Of a stretch of 64,000 nucleotides of DNA, positions 46,744-56,491 are shown piece after piece. The DNA is taken from the NCBI GenBank assembly GCA_964610465.1, contig CAZSWA010000007.1:4062-68061 (forward strand), in the 5' to 3' direction. This DNA is from an uncultured Gammaproteobacteria bacterium. GTDB lineage: Bacteria; Patescibacteriota; Microgenomatia; Levybacterales; UBA12049. A model generated the notes under the pieces. That model saw only the letters and a list, made by a program, of their open reading frames with translations. It did no database searches and was not told where the DNA came from. Made by a program: the position numbers and the translations under genes. How positions within the stretch are numbered: position 1 is the first letter of the stretch; every line of letters starts with the position of its first letter.

Positions 46744-48114
46744 ATGATAGTCATAAGAAGAAGATTATTATTCTGGCTTATCAAAGCCTATCTAAAACGT
46801 TCAGGCAAAATTATTGCTTTATCTTTTATTGCAGGCCTTGTGTTTTTTTTCTGTCTCTTATCTTTGTCAAAATATTTTTCGCGTTTCATCGTTATCCATA
46901 GAAAAGTTATAGTAGGATTGGTTGGCGCTTATAAAGCAAATTCCTTACCGCCTGAGATAGTCAACAGAATCTCAGAAGGATTAACCTCTATTGCTAGTGA
47001 CGGGAGTGTAAAACCGGCAGTTGCTTCATCCTGGTCAATTCGTGACAATGGCAAAACCTATGTATTTTATCTAAAACACAATAAATACTTCAGTGATGGG
47101 AAAAATGTGACATCTGACTTAATTTCCTATGATTTTAGTGATGTTGATATTGAAAGGCCTGACAAATATACAATGATTTTCAAAATCCATGTAAAAAATG
47201 GATACGCTCCGTTTTTGGTAACACTTGCCAAACCTATATTTGAAGATGGCTTTATCGGTGTTGGTGATTATAGGATTGAAAATGTAAAGTTAAATGGAGA
47301 TTTTGTGCAGTCACTCAGCATTGCATCAGTGAAAAACCAATTTGATATCATACAGTATCAATTTTATCCTACTCAAGATGCGCTTAAGACTGCATTTCTT
47401 TTAGGAGAAATTACAGAAGCGCATGGCATTACCAATCCAAATTATAGTAATTATTCCTTCAATAAATTCTCAAACGCAAAACTACAACAAACTATTAATT
47501 ACTCGCATTTAGTAACACTTTTTTATAACACTACAGATGGACTCCTGTCAGATAACAAAATGCGTTTGGCGCTCACCTATGCGTTGCCTGATGATTTTGA
47601 GTTTGGACAGCGGGCATATATCCCTTATCCGCAAAATACCTGGTATGCCAATAAAGATTTGGAAGATCCAAAACAGGATTTTAATCATGCCAAACTTCTC
47701 TTTAATGCATCAGTCAATGCAACAGAAAGCGGCAAAGTGGAAGCACAAATTACTATAAAGACACTAACAAAATATAAAAAAGCAGCAGATACTGTTGCCA
47801 AAGAATGGAATAAAATAGGAATACTTACCAAAGTTGAAGAAGTTGATAGTATTCCAATTGATTTTCAGGTGTATTTGGGAGAGTTTAACCTGGCTCAGGA
47901 TCCTGACCAGTATACTATCTGGCATTCAGGTCAGACTGCCAATATTTCAAGATACAAAGATCTTCGTATTGATAAGTATCTTGAAGATGGAAGAACTGCT
48001 ATGAATATCAATACCAGACAAAGTATTTATTTTGATTTCCAGAAGTATTTACTTGAAGATCCTCCGGCCGCCTTCCTCTATTTCCCGTACGAGTATAAGA
48101 TAATAAGAAAATAG
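46744..48114 (+). CDS. ABC peptide/nickel-type substrate-binding protein (SBP family 5)
   Basis: AVASSWSIRDNGKTYVFYL, FSDG, DPDQY..WHSGQ, EDPPAAFLY. Confidence 0.88.
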   Translation: MIVIRRRLLFWLIKAYLKRSGKIIALSFIAGLVFFFCLLSLSKYFSRFIVIHRKVIVGLVGAYKANSLPPEIVNRISEGLTSIASDGSVKPAVASSWSIRDNGKTYVFYLKHNKYFSDGKNVTSDLISYDFSDVDIERPDKYTMIFKIHVKNGYAPFLVTLAKPIFEDGFIGVGDYRIENVKLNGDFVQSLSIASVKNQFDIIQYQFYPTQDALKTAFLLGEITEAHGITNPNYSNYSFNKFSNAKLQQTINYSHLVTLFYNTTDGLLSDNKMRLALTYALPDDFEFGQRAYIPYPQNTWYANKDLEDPKQDFNHAKLLFNASVNATESGKVEAQITIKTLTKYKKAADTVAKEWNKIGILTKVEEVDSIPIDFQVYLGEFNLAQDPDQYTIWHSGQTANISRYKDLRIDKYLEDGRTAMNINTRQSIYFDFQKYLLEDPPAAFLYFPYEYKIIRK

Positions 48115-48306
48115 AGAATAGCGTATAGCAAAATACTTAATGACGCATAACCAATAGAAAATGATGTCATTCCAAAGAATTCCACGGAAAAAGCACCTTG
48201 GGGTTATCCGAAAATTGGAAAACCCTGGTACCTTCTTCGTCCTGCGCAAATGCAGGAATGAAAGTAGAGGATGTTCCTCCTTTCTCACCTTACGGTGCTT
48301 TATATG

Positions 48307-48648
48307 TTACTCTTTTTTGTTGCGGACTCTAAACGAATCTTTGTGGTCTTTTGGCTTCAGAATCGTGGTTGGCCCCGGACTAATTAGCACACTGTTGTCA
48401 GCCAACTCAAGCAGGAAACCACTTTCCCGCGCGTAGATGCTTCCTATCATGGTTTCGCCATGCGAGTCAAGCTCTACGGTTTCTGTGACGGAAGCTGCGT
48501 CATGAGAGTGAAGCCAACCTAGATGAGGCGTGGAGCTAAGGTCGGCAATCGTGCCGCAATCCACTCTCCGGTTTACTATCCGGAGAAACTCGCCTCCGAT
48601 AAACTCACCTTTTCGAGCTTCGAGCTCTTCCCATGTCAGGACATGCAT
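48307..48648 (-). CDS. Small orphan protein (islet 2)
   Basis: AAGGAG SD; GC-richer composition. Confidence 0.6.
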   Translation of the reverse strand: MHVLTWEELEARKGEFIGGEFLRIVNRRVDCGTIADLSSTPHLGWLHSHDAASVTETVELDSHGETMIGSIYARESGFLLELADNSVLISPGPTTILKPKDHKDSFRVRNKKE

Positions 48649-48691
48649 ACCTGTCTCCTTTGTGCTGTCTGGTTTAAGCTTCAGAAACGCA

Positions 48692-48925
48692 CTACAAGGG
48701 CCAGTTCTTTCTTAAGGACTCTTTCAGTCCTTCAGCTTCTTCCTGAAGATCTGCTAACATACTGAGGAATTTCAAGCTCCTTGCCTGGATACTTATTTGT
48801 TTAGGATCCAGTCCTGTACTACGGTTTATCTTCTCAAGGACATCTTCTCTTAAGACGGTAACCTCTCCTTTCTGCTCTGCAAGAGAGTTCAGCACTCCCT
48901 CAAGTCTGTCAATCAGACTAGACAT
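48692..48925 (-). CDS. Small helical orphan protein (islet 2)
   Basis: GAGGAG SD before the ATG at 48925. Confidence 0.6.
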   Translation of the reverse strand: MSSLIDRLEGVLNSLAEQKGEVTVLREDVLEKINRSTGLDPKQISIQARSLKFLSMLADLQEEAEGLKESLRKNWPL

Positions 48926-48959
48926 AGTTATGCTCCTCTGGAGCAATCACTGCCAATAC

Positions 48960-49090
48960 AAAAAGGCAGCGACCCTTATGACTCTTTCGGAATCACAAGG
49001 GAACTGCCTTCTTGAAAAGCAAAGCGAGATTTCGCAACAATTTCAAAGAACAAACAAAGAAAGTATATCAGGAAGACGGGAAAGAAGCAA
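48960..49090 (-). promoter_or_regulatory. Promoter + boxA-like motif + terminator-like leader hairpin (islet 2)
   Basis: TTGCTT-17-TATACT; TGTTCTTTGAAA; AAGGCAG...CCCTT..GATTCCGAAAGAGTC..AAGGG..CTGCCTTTTT. Confidence 0.7.
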
Positions 49091-49217
49091 GCTTATAGTA
49101 TGTATGGCTTGTTCTACAAATAGCTTTGATTTCGAACTCCGGATTTATTTGGGATTTAATACCTGGATTTGTAATTTATTCCTTTAATTCCTGCTGCTTG
49201 CTTCTATATAGAAATCT

Positions 49218-50561
49218 TTATGCGAGGGCGATTTTGGAACGGAGTTTTCTGTGGTACGTAATTGCAAATCTATGTGCTTCATCTCGAAGACGCATAATAA
49301 GATGCAATGCTTTTGTGTTTTTGGGAAGAGAGATCTCTGTAAAGTTTGTATTTATATTTTCTTTATTCGATTTTGCTTCGATATTCGATAATTGATATTG
49401 GATATTTTCGGGCAATACTATCGTCTCTTCCCGTTTCGCAAGACCGATAAGAGGAATTTTTGTATTGGTTTTCAGCAGTACTTCCATTGCTGATGAAACC
49501 TGTCCTTTTCCTCCATCAACAATTATAAGGTCAGGATACTGCCAGTCTGTATGTTTGAGTCTTCGTGTCAACACTTCTTTCATCATGGCAAAGTCATTGG
49601 GCGTCCCGTCTTTTCTCATTTTAAATTTCCTGTATTGTGATGAATCTTTTTCTCCATCGGTAAACACAACCATTGATGCAGTGGCATTTGTACCCTGAGT
49701 ATTTGAAATATCATAACACTCAATTCTCTGAAGTCTGGTAATTGCATAGCCTTGGCCATTTAGAATATTTTTTAGATCCTCAAGTTCTCTACTCCGCAAA
49801 TCACTTCTAAGATTTGGATTGATATCGTATTCAAAAGGTTTGTGGAAAGGTCTGGTGATAAGGCTTAAGGCATCAATCTTTTTTTGAATCTGTAAAGCTT
49901 CTTCAAATTTTTCCTCAGTACTTACTGCGTCTCTTTCCTTTTCGAATTCTGCCATTAATTTCTTTGATTCGCCTTCAAGAACCCGAATAATACTTTTGAT
50001 ATTTCGCCTGTAATTTTTTTTTAGTTCCTCTGAATCAAACATAGGAGGACAGGGACAAAGCCCCAAATGATGATAGAGACATACACGCTTTGGGTGATTG
50101 AGAACCGATTGATAAGGAAATACCCGTCTTAAGATTTTGAGGACCAGTCGTACTGCCCTTGCATTTGGATATGGTCCAAAATAGAAAGAACTGGCATCAT
50201 CCTCTCTTCGTGATAAAAGTATAAGAGGGTATTTGTCTTTTATAGTAATGCGGATATACAGATAGGATTTATTGTCTACCAGTCTGATATTGTACTTAGG
50301 TTTGAATCTTTTGATATAAAAGGCTTCAAGTAGAAGTGCTTCAAGTTCTGTCTCAACCAACGTAACTTTTATTTTATCGATATGGGAGATAAGTGCCCGG
50401 GTTTTCTGCTCAAGTAGATGACTATTGGTAAAATATGATGAAACTCTGGATTTTAAATCAACTGCTTTGCCAACATATAAAGGACGTTTGTCTTTATCTA
50501 AAAAGACGTATACGCCCGGATCTGATGGTAATGATAAGTATGAGGAGCGCGAGTATAACAA
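49218..50561 (-). CDS. uvrC: Excinuclease ABC subunit C
   Basis: GIY-YIG (PGVY..YVGKA..LKSRVSSYF), UVR motif, ECYDISN, DGGKGQ, RDEAHRFA; no C-terminal HhH. The TTG at 50561 has a GGAGG SD. Confidence 0.93.
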   Translation of the reverse strand: MLYSRSSYLSLPSDPGVYVFLDKDKRPLYVGKAVDLKSRVSSYFTNSHLLEQKTRALISHIDKIKVTLVETELEALLLEAFYIKRFKPKYNIRLVDNKSYLYIRITIKDKYPLILLSRREDDASSFYFGPYPNARAVRLVLKILRRVFPYQSVLNHPKRVCLYHHLGLCPCPPMFDSEELKKNYRRNIKSIIRVLEGESKKLMAEFEKERDAVSTEEKFEEALQIQKKIDALSLITRPFHKPFEYDINPNLRSDLRSRELEDLKNILNGQGYAITRLQRIECYDISNTQGTNATASMVVFTDGEKDSSQYRKFKMRKDGTPNDFAMMKEVLTRRLKHTDWQYPDLIIVDGGKGQVSSAMEVLLKTNTKIPLIGLAKREETIVLPENIQYQLSNIEAKSNKENINTNFTEISLPKNTKALHLIMRLRDEAHRFAITYHRKLRSKIALA

Positions 50562-52359
50562 AACTAATACCTCCTGTAACTGCAAATCTATTCAATACGA
50601 ACGGAGTTACTTTTATATCCTGTGCAATTGTTCTATCTGCCAAACGTATTGTAAAACTCTCATTCTTGTTTGTCAAAAATGAAGTATGGTCAAAGCTTAC
50701 AGGAACATTTGCATATCCAAAAGGCGGAATGGCAGGAATTCTGATAACCTGTGTATGAGGAAAAAGTGTATTAGACATAAGCCCGAGTGTCTGGTCAGCA
50801 AATACGCTGGTACCTACATTTCTGATAGTCAAAGTCCCGCTTATTGGAAAGCCGGACAGGGTAACTTTGGGAAGATTGGATTCAAGCTCTATATTTTGTT
50901 CATTTAGTGGTACTACATCACCAAAACCTATATTGACATCTTTGCTGTCACTAAGTCCTGAAACTTTATATCCGCCTGCAGGTATAGGATATTCACTGTT
51001 GAGACCCTTGATTACAAATGCGAAATGATCAAAATCCATAGTATTGAAATAATCAACTCCTCCGGTTGTATTGTCCCATGTCGGATCGACCATTATCCAC
51101 GTGTTTCTTGCAGTATCATAATATTCAGGCCAGGCATGCAATATATCTTTCACAAGAGACAAAGGTCTTTGTTTTGAGTTTTCTGTAGAAGCAAACCCGT
51201 CTACTTCTCTTGCCGGAATACCTGCAGCTCTGGCAAGTGTAATAAATAAATCCGTAAACTCAAGACAGACGGCAGAATCTGGTGACTCTAACGCGGCCAC
51301 TGCACCAAGCCGGGGTTTATTATCGGTAACCCGTGAGAAATCGTAGTTGAGAGTTTTGACAACATAATTAAATATAGCATCTGGAGTTTTAAGTTCCCTG
51401 GCGAGTTTTTGAATTTGTGAGTCTGCTGTCTGCCAGTAATTTTGACTTTGTAGATATAATGCCAAATCTTTTTGCGATAATGGCTGTTCTTTTGGTGTCA
51501 GAGATAAAACAGCTTTACCTTCAGTAATTACATCCAGTTTTTGAGAAGGTGAAAGATAATACTGTGCAAGCCAGTTTCCGTCATTATCTACTGTGACATT
51601 AACCGGTTTGGGACTTATATCTCCGATAAAAACTTCCTGATAATTGGTTGAAGGCGGCAATGCAATTTCTGTGTGAATTGGGAAAAGATTTTTGTTGCTT
51701 AAATGATACAGAAGTCGAAATGTATAGACCTGTTTATCACCAAACGCAATAGATATTCCGGATTTTCCAAGCATATCTTTAGTAAAGGAAAGCGTGTTGT
51801 TAGTCTGGGCCGGCTTGATATAAGTCGGATTACCAAAAGAAAGTGGTGTTTTCACATTAACATTAAAACTGTGAAAGCTGTCTGGATTAGCAATACCCGG
51901 TATATTTATCTCCCATATTTTGCCGTATTGTTTGGAAATATCCGGTGAATCAAAAGTAAGAGTAAAAGTAAGCTTGCTGCCAAGACCTACTACTTTTTGA
52001 TTGAAGAATAATTCTATTGAGTAACCATCACTTGTTTTATGCAGAATCGGACTCATTGGACCACCTGCATCACTTGCCTTTACATTGACTATATTGTTAA
52101 ATCCAAGCTGTACTTTGTAGGATGAAGCATAGTACTGACTCGTCGTATTGGTAAGAGTGACATGCAAAGTCACATTGGTCAAACCATTCTCCAGTACAGA
52201 ATAATCTACACTATAATCAGTTGAAAAATTCTCAAGTGCATAAGCGTGAGGAGTGAAAAAACTGGTAAGAATTGCAAAAAAGAACAAAAAACAGGCTAGT
52301 ATTGAAAATGATTTTTTTACGAAACAATACACATGCTTATTGTAGTATATTTTAGACAA
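50494..52359 (-). CDS. Secreted/anchored transglutaminase-like protein
   Basis: AVCLEFTDLF, ARAAGIPAR, HAWPEYY, DPTW (Cys-His-Asp); signal peptide and C-terminal TM. Confidence 0.88.
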   Translation of the reverse strand: MSKIYYNKHVYCFVKKSFSILACFLFFFAILTSFFTPHAYALENFSTDYSVDYSVLENGLTNVTLHVTLTNTTSQYYASSYKVQLGFNNIVNVKASDAGGPMSPILHKTSDGYSIELFFNQKVVGLGSKLTFTLTFDSPDISKQYGKIWEINIPGIANPDSFHSFNVNVKTPLSFGNPTYIKPAQTNNTLSFTKDMLGKSGISIAFGDKQVYTFRLLYHLSNKNLFPIHTEIALPPSTNYQEVFIGDISPKPVNVTVDNDGNWLAQYYLSPSQKLDVITEGKAVLSLTPKEQPLSQKDLALYLQSQNYWQTADSQIQKLARELKTPDAIFNYVVKTLNYDFSRVTDNKPRLGAVAALESPDSAVCLEFTDLFITLARAAGIPAREVDGFASTENSKQRPLSLVKDILHAWPEYYDTARNTWIMVDPTWDNTTGGVDYFNTMDFDHFAFVIKGLNSEYPIPAGGYKVSGLSDSKDVNIGFGDVVPLNEQNIELESNLPKVTLSGFPISGTLTIRNVGTSVFADQTLGLMSNTLFPHTQVIRIPAIPPFGYANVPVSFDHTSFLTNKNESFTIRLADRTIAQDIKVTPFVLNRFAVTGGISFVILALLILIITIRSGRIRLFR

Positions 52360-52483
52360 TTTTTCCCATCAAAAAACGCGTTGAACAGAAAAAAGGTGAA
52401 GTCATAATACCTGGAAATAGCTTGAAGGCCGGAAGTGGCGCGCTTCCTTGCGCCACCCTTCCAGAGTCTTAACTCTCCTTTTG

Positions 52484-52828
52484 TTACTCTATCCAACGCG
52501 TATCCTTGCGTTTTGTTTGTTGCGGGTTACTGGGTCCCAGAATTTCCAGAGACTCAATAACGTCACCCAACCTCGTCAAAAAACCTGAACGATTAAATTG
52601 ACGGGTAGTTTTGAGCCACATCTGTCGATTCGCATCATGAAACCATTCCCCCCTTTGACTGACCGCCTCTATGAGGCGATATGTTTCCTCATTGGTGGAG
52701 AGCATCTGCTCATCCAGCAAAGATTTTAGGTCATGGACCGCTTCAATGAATTGTGGTCGAAATTTGACCATAAACCAAGTCTCCGGGGACAGCTCTATGA
52801 CGAGTCTTACTAGATGCCGTCTCTGCAC
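52484..52828 (-). CDS. Small orphan protein (islet 3)
   Basis: AAGGAG SD before GTG; GC-richer. Confidence 0.6.
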   Translation of the reverse strand: MQRRHLVRLVIELSPETWFMVKFRPQFIEAVHDLKSLLDEQMLSTNEETYRLIEAVSQRGEWFHDANRQMWLKTTRQFNRSGFLTRLGDVIESLEILGPSNPQQTKRKDTRWIE

Positions 52829-52870
52829 GTGTGGTCTCCTTTGTTGTGTAATTTTACTAACTGGGACACA

Positions 52871-53107
52871 CTACGGGTTTGTACTATATGGTAATGCCAG
52901 ACTAACCAGGGCAAGCGTCGCCTGGTAAAGATCTAGAAGGGTATCAAACTTTAACCTCTTTTCCTGTACAGCGTTTTTCGCTTCGTCAAGTAACTGCTTG
53001 TATTGTTCGTATTCAGGGGTGTTTTTCAACTCCTGATGAACTTTCAAAACCCTGGAGACGTGACCCTCACATAGTGCAACTCTGCGCGCCATCTTTTCTT
53101 GAGTCAT
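52871..53107 (-). CDS. Small orphan protein (islet 3)
   Basis: AGGAG SD before ATG. Confidence 0.6.
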   Translation of the reverse strand: MTQEKMARRVALCEGHVSRVLKVHQELKNTPEYEQYKQLLDEAKNAVQEKRLKFDTLLDLYQATLALVSLALPYSTNP

Positions 53108-53232
53108 CTCAATGCTCCTGTTCTTTTTTCTGCCTACCCATAGGCAGAATCATATTTTCCAGTTATTGAAAAATAAAATACTACCTATGAAATTGACAGT
53201 AAGAAACAAAATTTATTATTCCGCAACAAAAA

Positions 53233-53371
53233 TTTCAAAGATCTAATATTTTTGTCATCCTCCCCGATTTAATCGGGAATGACATCTATTCAAAAATTTC
53301 CACCCAAGCCGCAAATGGTTTGAGGTATTTTTGAGCTTAGTGAGTATATCAAAAAAGAGGAGAATTTACAA
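53233..53371 (-). promoter_or_regulatory. Promoter + boxA-like motif (islet 3)
   Basis: TTGTAA-17-TATACT; AGATCTTTGAAA. Confidence 0.65.
53253..53284. repeat. Short REP-like palindrome related to the 3196-3247 core
   Basis: Minus strand TGTCATTCCCGATTAAATCGGGGAGGATGACA shares both ends with the 3196 copy. Confidence 0.7.
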
Positions 53372-53379
53372 ACTATGGG

Positions 53380-56343
53380 TTATAATAATTTTTTTAGAAA
53401 CATTCCTGTGTAGGAGTGAGGATTGTCAGCTATTTCCTGCGGAGTTCCTGTTGCAACTATCTCTCCACCTTTTTCTCCGCCTTCCGGACCCAAATCTATA
53501 ATATAATCTGCATTTTTAATTACATCCAGATTATGCTCTATTACAATTATAGAGTTCCCTTGATCAACCAGCTTGCGAAGTACTATCAGTAACTTTTCCA
53601 AATCTGCAAAATGAAGTCCTGTTGTCGGCTCATCCAGAAGATATAGAGCATCTCTACCTTTTTTGGAAAGCTCTGTTGCCAGTTTGACTCTTTGCGCTTC
53701 TCCTCCTGAAAGTGTTGGTGCAGGCTGACCCAACTTAATGTAGGACAAACCAACATCATACAAAGTCTGAAGTCTATGTGCAAGTCCTGGTACAAACGAG
53801 AAAAAGTTAAGTGCCTCAGCAACACTCATATCAAGCACATCTGCAATAGTCTTGCCATTAAACAGGACTTCCAGCGCTTCACTATTGTACTGTTTTCCCT
53901 GGCAGATTTCACATGTTATATAGATATCCGGCAAAAATTGCATTTCAATTTTTATCTGTCCTTCTCCCTGGCATGCTTCACATCTGCCGCCTTTGACATT
54001 GAATGAAAATCTTCCAGGTCCATACCCCCGGAGTTTGGCTTCTCTGGTACTTGCAAAAAGTTCACGAATATAGGCAAAAGAACCTGTATAGGTTGCAGGA
54101 TTACTTCGTGGAGTTCTGCCAATTGGAGATTGATCTATTGCAAACACATGACGGATATACTCATGTCCTGCAAGTCTTATAAATTTTCCAGGTTTTGTTG
54201 GATGATAGGGATTCTGCATTTGCATAAGCGCGTGGTATAAAATATCATTTACCAGAGTAGATTTCCCGCTGCCTGATACTCCCGTAACAACAACAAGTTT
54301 ATTGAGAGGAAAGTCAATCGTAATGTTTTTTAGATTGTGTTCCGAAGCACCAATAAGCCGTAAAGAAACGTCATTGCGAGTCAAGCGTGGCGAATAGGCA
54401 GCAATCTCCCGGGGATTGCCCCGTCGTTTCTGCAAAGCAGCACTCTTTGCAATGACGGATGAACCATCTGTTTTTCCAGTCTGTATCCTTCTTCTTCCGG
54501 ATAAATATTCACCAGTCAGTGAGTTTTTGTTGTGTTTTATTTCATCTATTGTACCCTTGGCAATGACATTACCGCCGGATTCTCCAGCTCCCGGACCAAA
54601 ATCAAATATATAATCTGAGGCTTCCATCGTATCCTGATCATGTTCAACAACAAGTACAGTGTTACCCAAATCCCTAAGCTTTTTAAGAGTTTCAATAAGA
54701 CGCGTATTGTCCCGTTGATGAAGACCGATTGATGGTTCATCAAGTACATACAAAACTCCGGTTAGTCCGCTTCCAATTTGAGATGCCAGACGAATGCGTT
54801 GTGCTTCTCCTCCTGCAAGCGTTGATGCGCTTCTTGAGAGGGTAATATATTCAAGCCCGACATCTTTAAGAAACGTAAGCCGCTGGGTAATTTCTCTCAA
54901 AATCATTTTTCCAATCTCTGTTTCTCTTTGTGACAGCATAGCAGGCAATTCTGCAAAGAACACAAGCGTTTTATCAATTGGCATATCAGCGACTTCTACA
55001 ATTGATTTGCCATTGAGTGTTACTGAAAGTGCTTCTTTTTTCAAACGTGCTCCTTTACAATCAGGACAGACTTCATTGCGCATAAATTTCTCCACCTGTC
55101 CTCGCATGAACTGTGAGTCTGATTCGTTGTAACGCTTTTTAAGTTCCCCTCCAACACCCGGAAATGGTTCACGTATTGCTGTTTCTTTTCCCCATCTGTT
55201 CTCTCCTTCCACATAATATTCTCTATCTCCTGTTCCTTTGATAAGCAAATCTTTTTTCTCCTCACTCATTTGTCCCAAACGCTGATTAAGCGGGATGCCA
55301 TTTTCTTCACAAAAGGTTTTAAATGTCCGTGAAAGCCATGTGTCATTGGTACTAAGGTTAAAAAACGGCAGGATACCGCCTTCATTGATTGAGAGATTGT
55401 TATTAAATACTAAATCTTTATCAATATTGAGTACTGTTCCCAATCCATCACAGGTTGGACATGCACCGTGAGGAGTATTGAAGGAAAAAATACGTGGTTC
55501 AACTTCATGAATTGAGACATTGTCAAAAGGACAGGCAAATTTTTCTGAAAACAGCTGGTCTTCTATTTTTTTGGGTCTTTCAGGGAGTTCAAATGACGCA
55601 TCCTGTATGATGCCAACTGTCATCTCTCCATTGCCAAATTTAAGCGCCTGTTCAACATCGGTTGCAATGCGTGTTCTATCTGTCTCAGCTGATAAAACCA
55701 GTGTATCAATCACCACATCAATCGTATGTTTGTTGGTTTTTATCAGCACTACATCCTCATCAAGAGAATAAATTTCTTTATCAATTCGAACTTTTGTGTA
55801 TCCTCTTTTCTTAAGACTTACAAAAAGCTCTGTATACTCGCCTCTTCTGTCTTTCACAAGCGGTGCAAGCATCATAATCCGTAAGGTTTTTTTACCTGCT
55901 TCTTTATGGGTATTTAATAAATTAAAAATAGATGTAACGATTTGTTCTTTAGATTGTCTTGCTATTTCCCGTCCGCAAATGGGACAATGTGGATGGCCAA
56001 CTCTAGCAAAAAGAAGTCTCAGATAATCATAAATTTCTGTGACTGTACCAACAGTAGAGCGCGGATTGTGACTTGTGGATTTCTGGTCGATGGAAATTGC
56101 GGGTGACAAGCCTTCAATCAAATCAACATCCGGTTTTTTCATGGTTCCCAGAAATTGTCGTGCATAGGATGAAAGGCTTTCAACATAACGTCTTTGTCCT
56201 TCTGCATAAATCGTGTCAAAGGCTAAAGAAGATTTGCCGCTACCGGAAAGCCCTGTCAGAACAACAAGTTTGTTTTTTGGAATTTCCAGGTCTATGTTTT
56301 TAAGATTGTGTTCCCGGGCACCTTTGATGGTTAATTTATCCAT
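53380..56343 (-). CDS. uvrA: Excinuclease ABC subunit A
   Basis: [20 protein letters not shown], two ABC ATPase domains, CxxC zinc sites, [12 protein letters not shown]. Confidence 0.98.
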   Translation of the reverse strand: MDKLTIKGAREHNLKNIDLEIPKNKLVVLTGLSGSGKSSLAFDTIYAEGQRRYVESLSSYARQFLGTMKKPDVDLIEGLSPAISIDQKSTSHNPRSTVGTVTEIYDYLRLLFARVGHPHCPICGREIARQSKEQIVTSIFNLLNTHKEAGKKTLRIMMLAPLVKDRRGEYTELFVSLKKRGYTKVRIDKEIYSLDEDVVLIKTNKHTIDVVIDTLVLSAETDRTRIATDVEQALKFGNGEMTVGIIQDASFELPERPKKIEDQLFSEKFACPFDNVSIHEVEPRIFSFNTPHGACPTCDGLGTVLNIDKDLVFNNNLSINEGGILPFFNLSTNDTWLSRTFKTFCEENGIPLNQRLGQMSEEKKDLLIKGTGDREYYVEGENRWGKETAIREPFPGVGGELKKRYNESDSQFMRGQVEKFMRNEVCPDCKGARLKKEALSVTLNGKSIVEVADMPIDKTLVFFAELPAMLSQRETEIGKMILREITQRLTFLKDVGLEYITLSRSASTLAGGEAQRIRLASQIGSGLTGVLYVLDEPSIGLHQRDNTRLIETLKKLRDLGNTVLVVEHDQDTMEASDYIFDFGPGAGESGGNVIAKGTIDEIKHNKNSLTGEYLSGRRRIQTGKTDGSSVIAKSAALQKRRGNPREIAAYSPRLTRNDVSLRLIGASEHNLKNITIDFPLNKLVVVTGVSGSGKSTLVNDILYHALMQMQNPYHPTKPGKFIRLAGHEYIRHVFAIDQSPIGRTPRSNPATYTGSFAYIRELFASTREAKLRGYGPGRFSFNVKGGRCEACQGEGQIKIEMQFLPDIYITCEICQGKQYNSEALEVLFNGKTIADVLDMSVAEALNFFSFVPGLAHRLQTLYDVGLSYIKLGQPAPTLSGGEAQRVKLATELSKKGRDALYLLDEPTTGLHFADLEKLLIVLRKLVDQGNSIIVIEHNLDVIKNADYIIDLGPEGGEKGGEIVATGTPQEIADNPHSYTGMFLKKLL
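54369..54457. repeat. Palindromic element inserted in-frame in uvrA
   Basis: Terminal IR CGTCATTGC/GCAATGACG; central GCAATC-N7-GATTGC; the 87-bp core equals 29 codons. Confidence 0.8.
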
Positions 56344-56491
56344 AATTTTGGAGAAAGATGATCAAACATTATAAAGCATATTCAGAAGCAATACAACCGG
56401 TACTACAGCGCAGCATGTAGCAAATGGCAAATAGAATAATTGCCTGCTTTACTTCTCGAAAAAAAGCGTTGTATAATACAAAGGGAATAGA

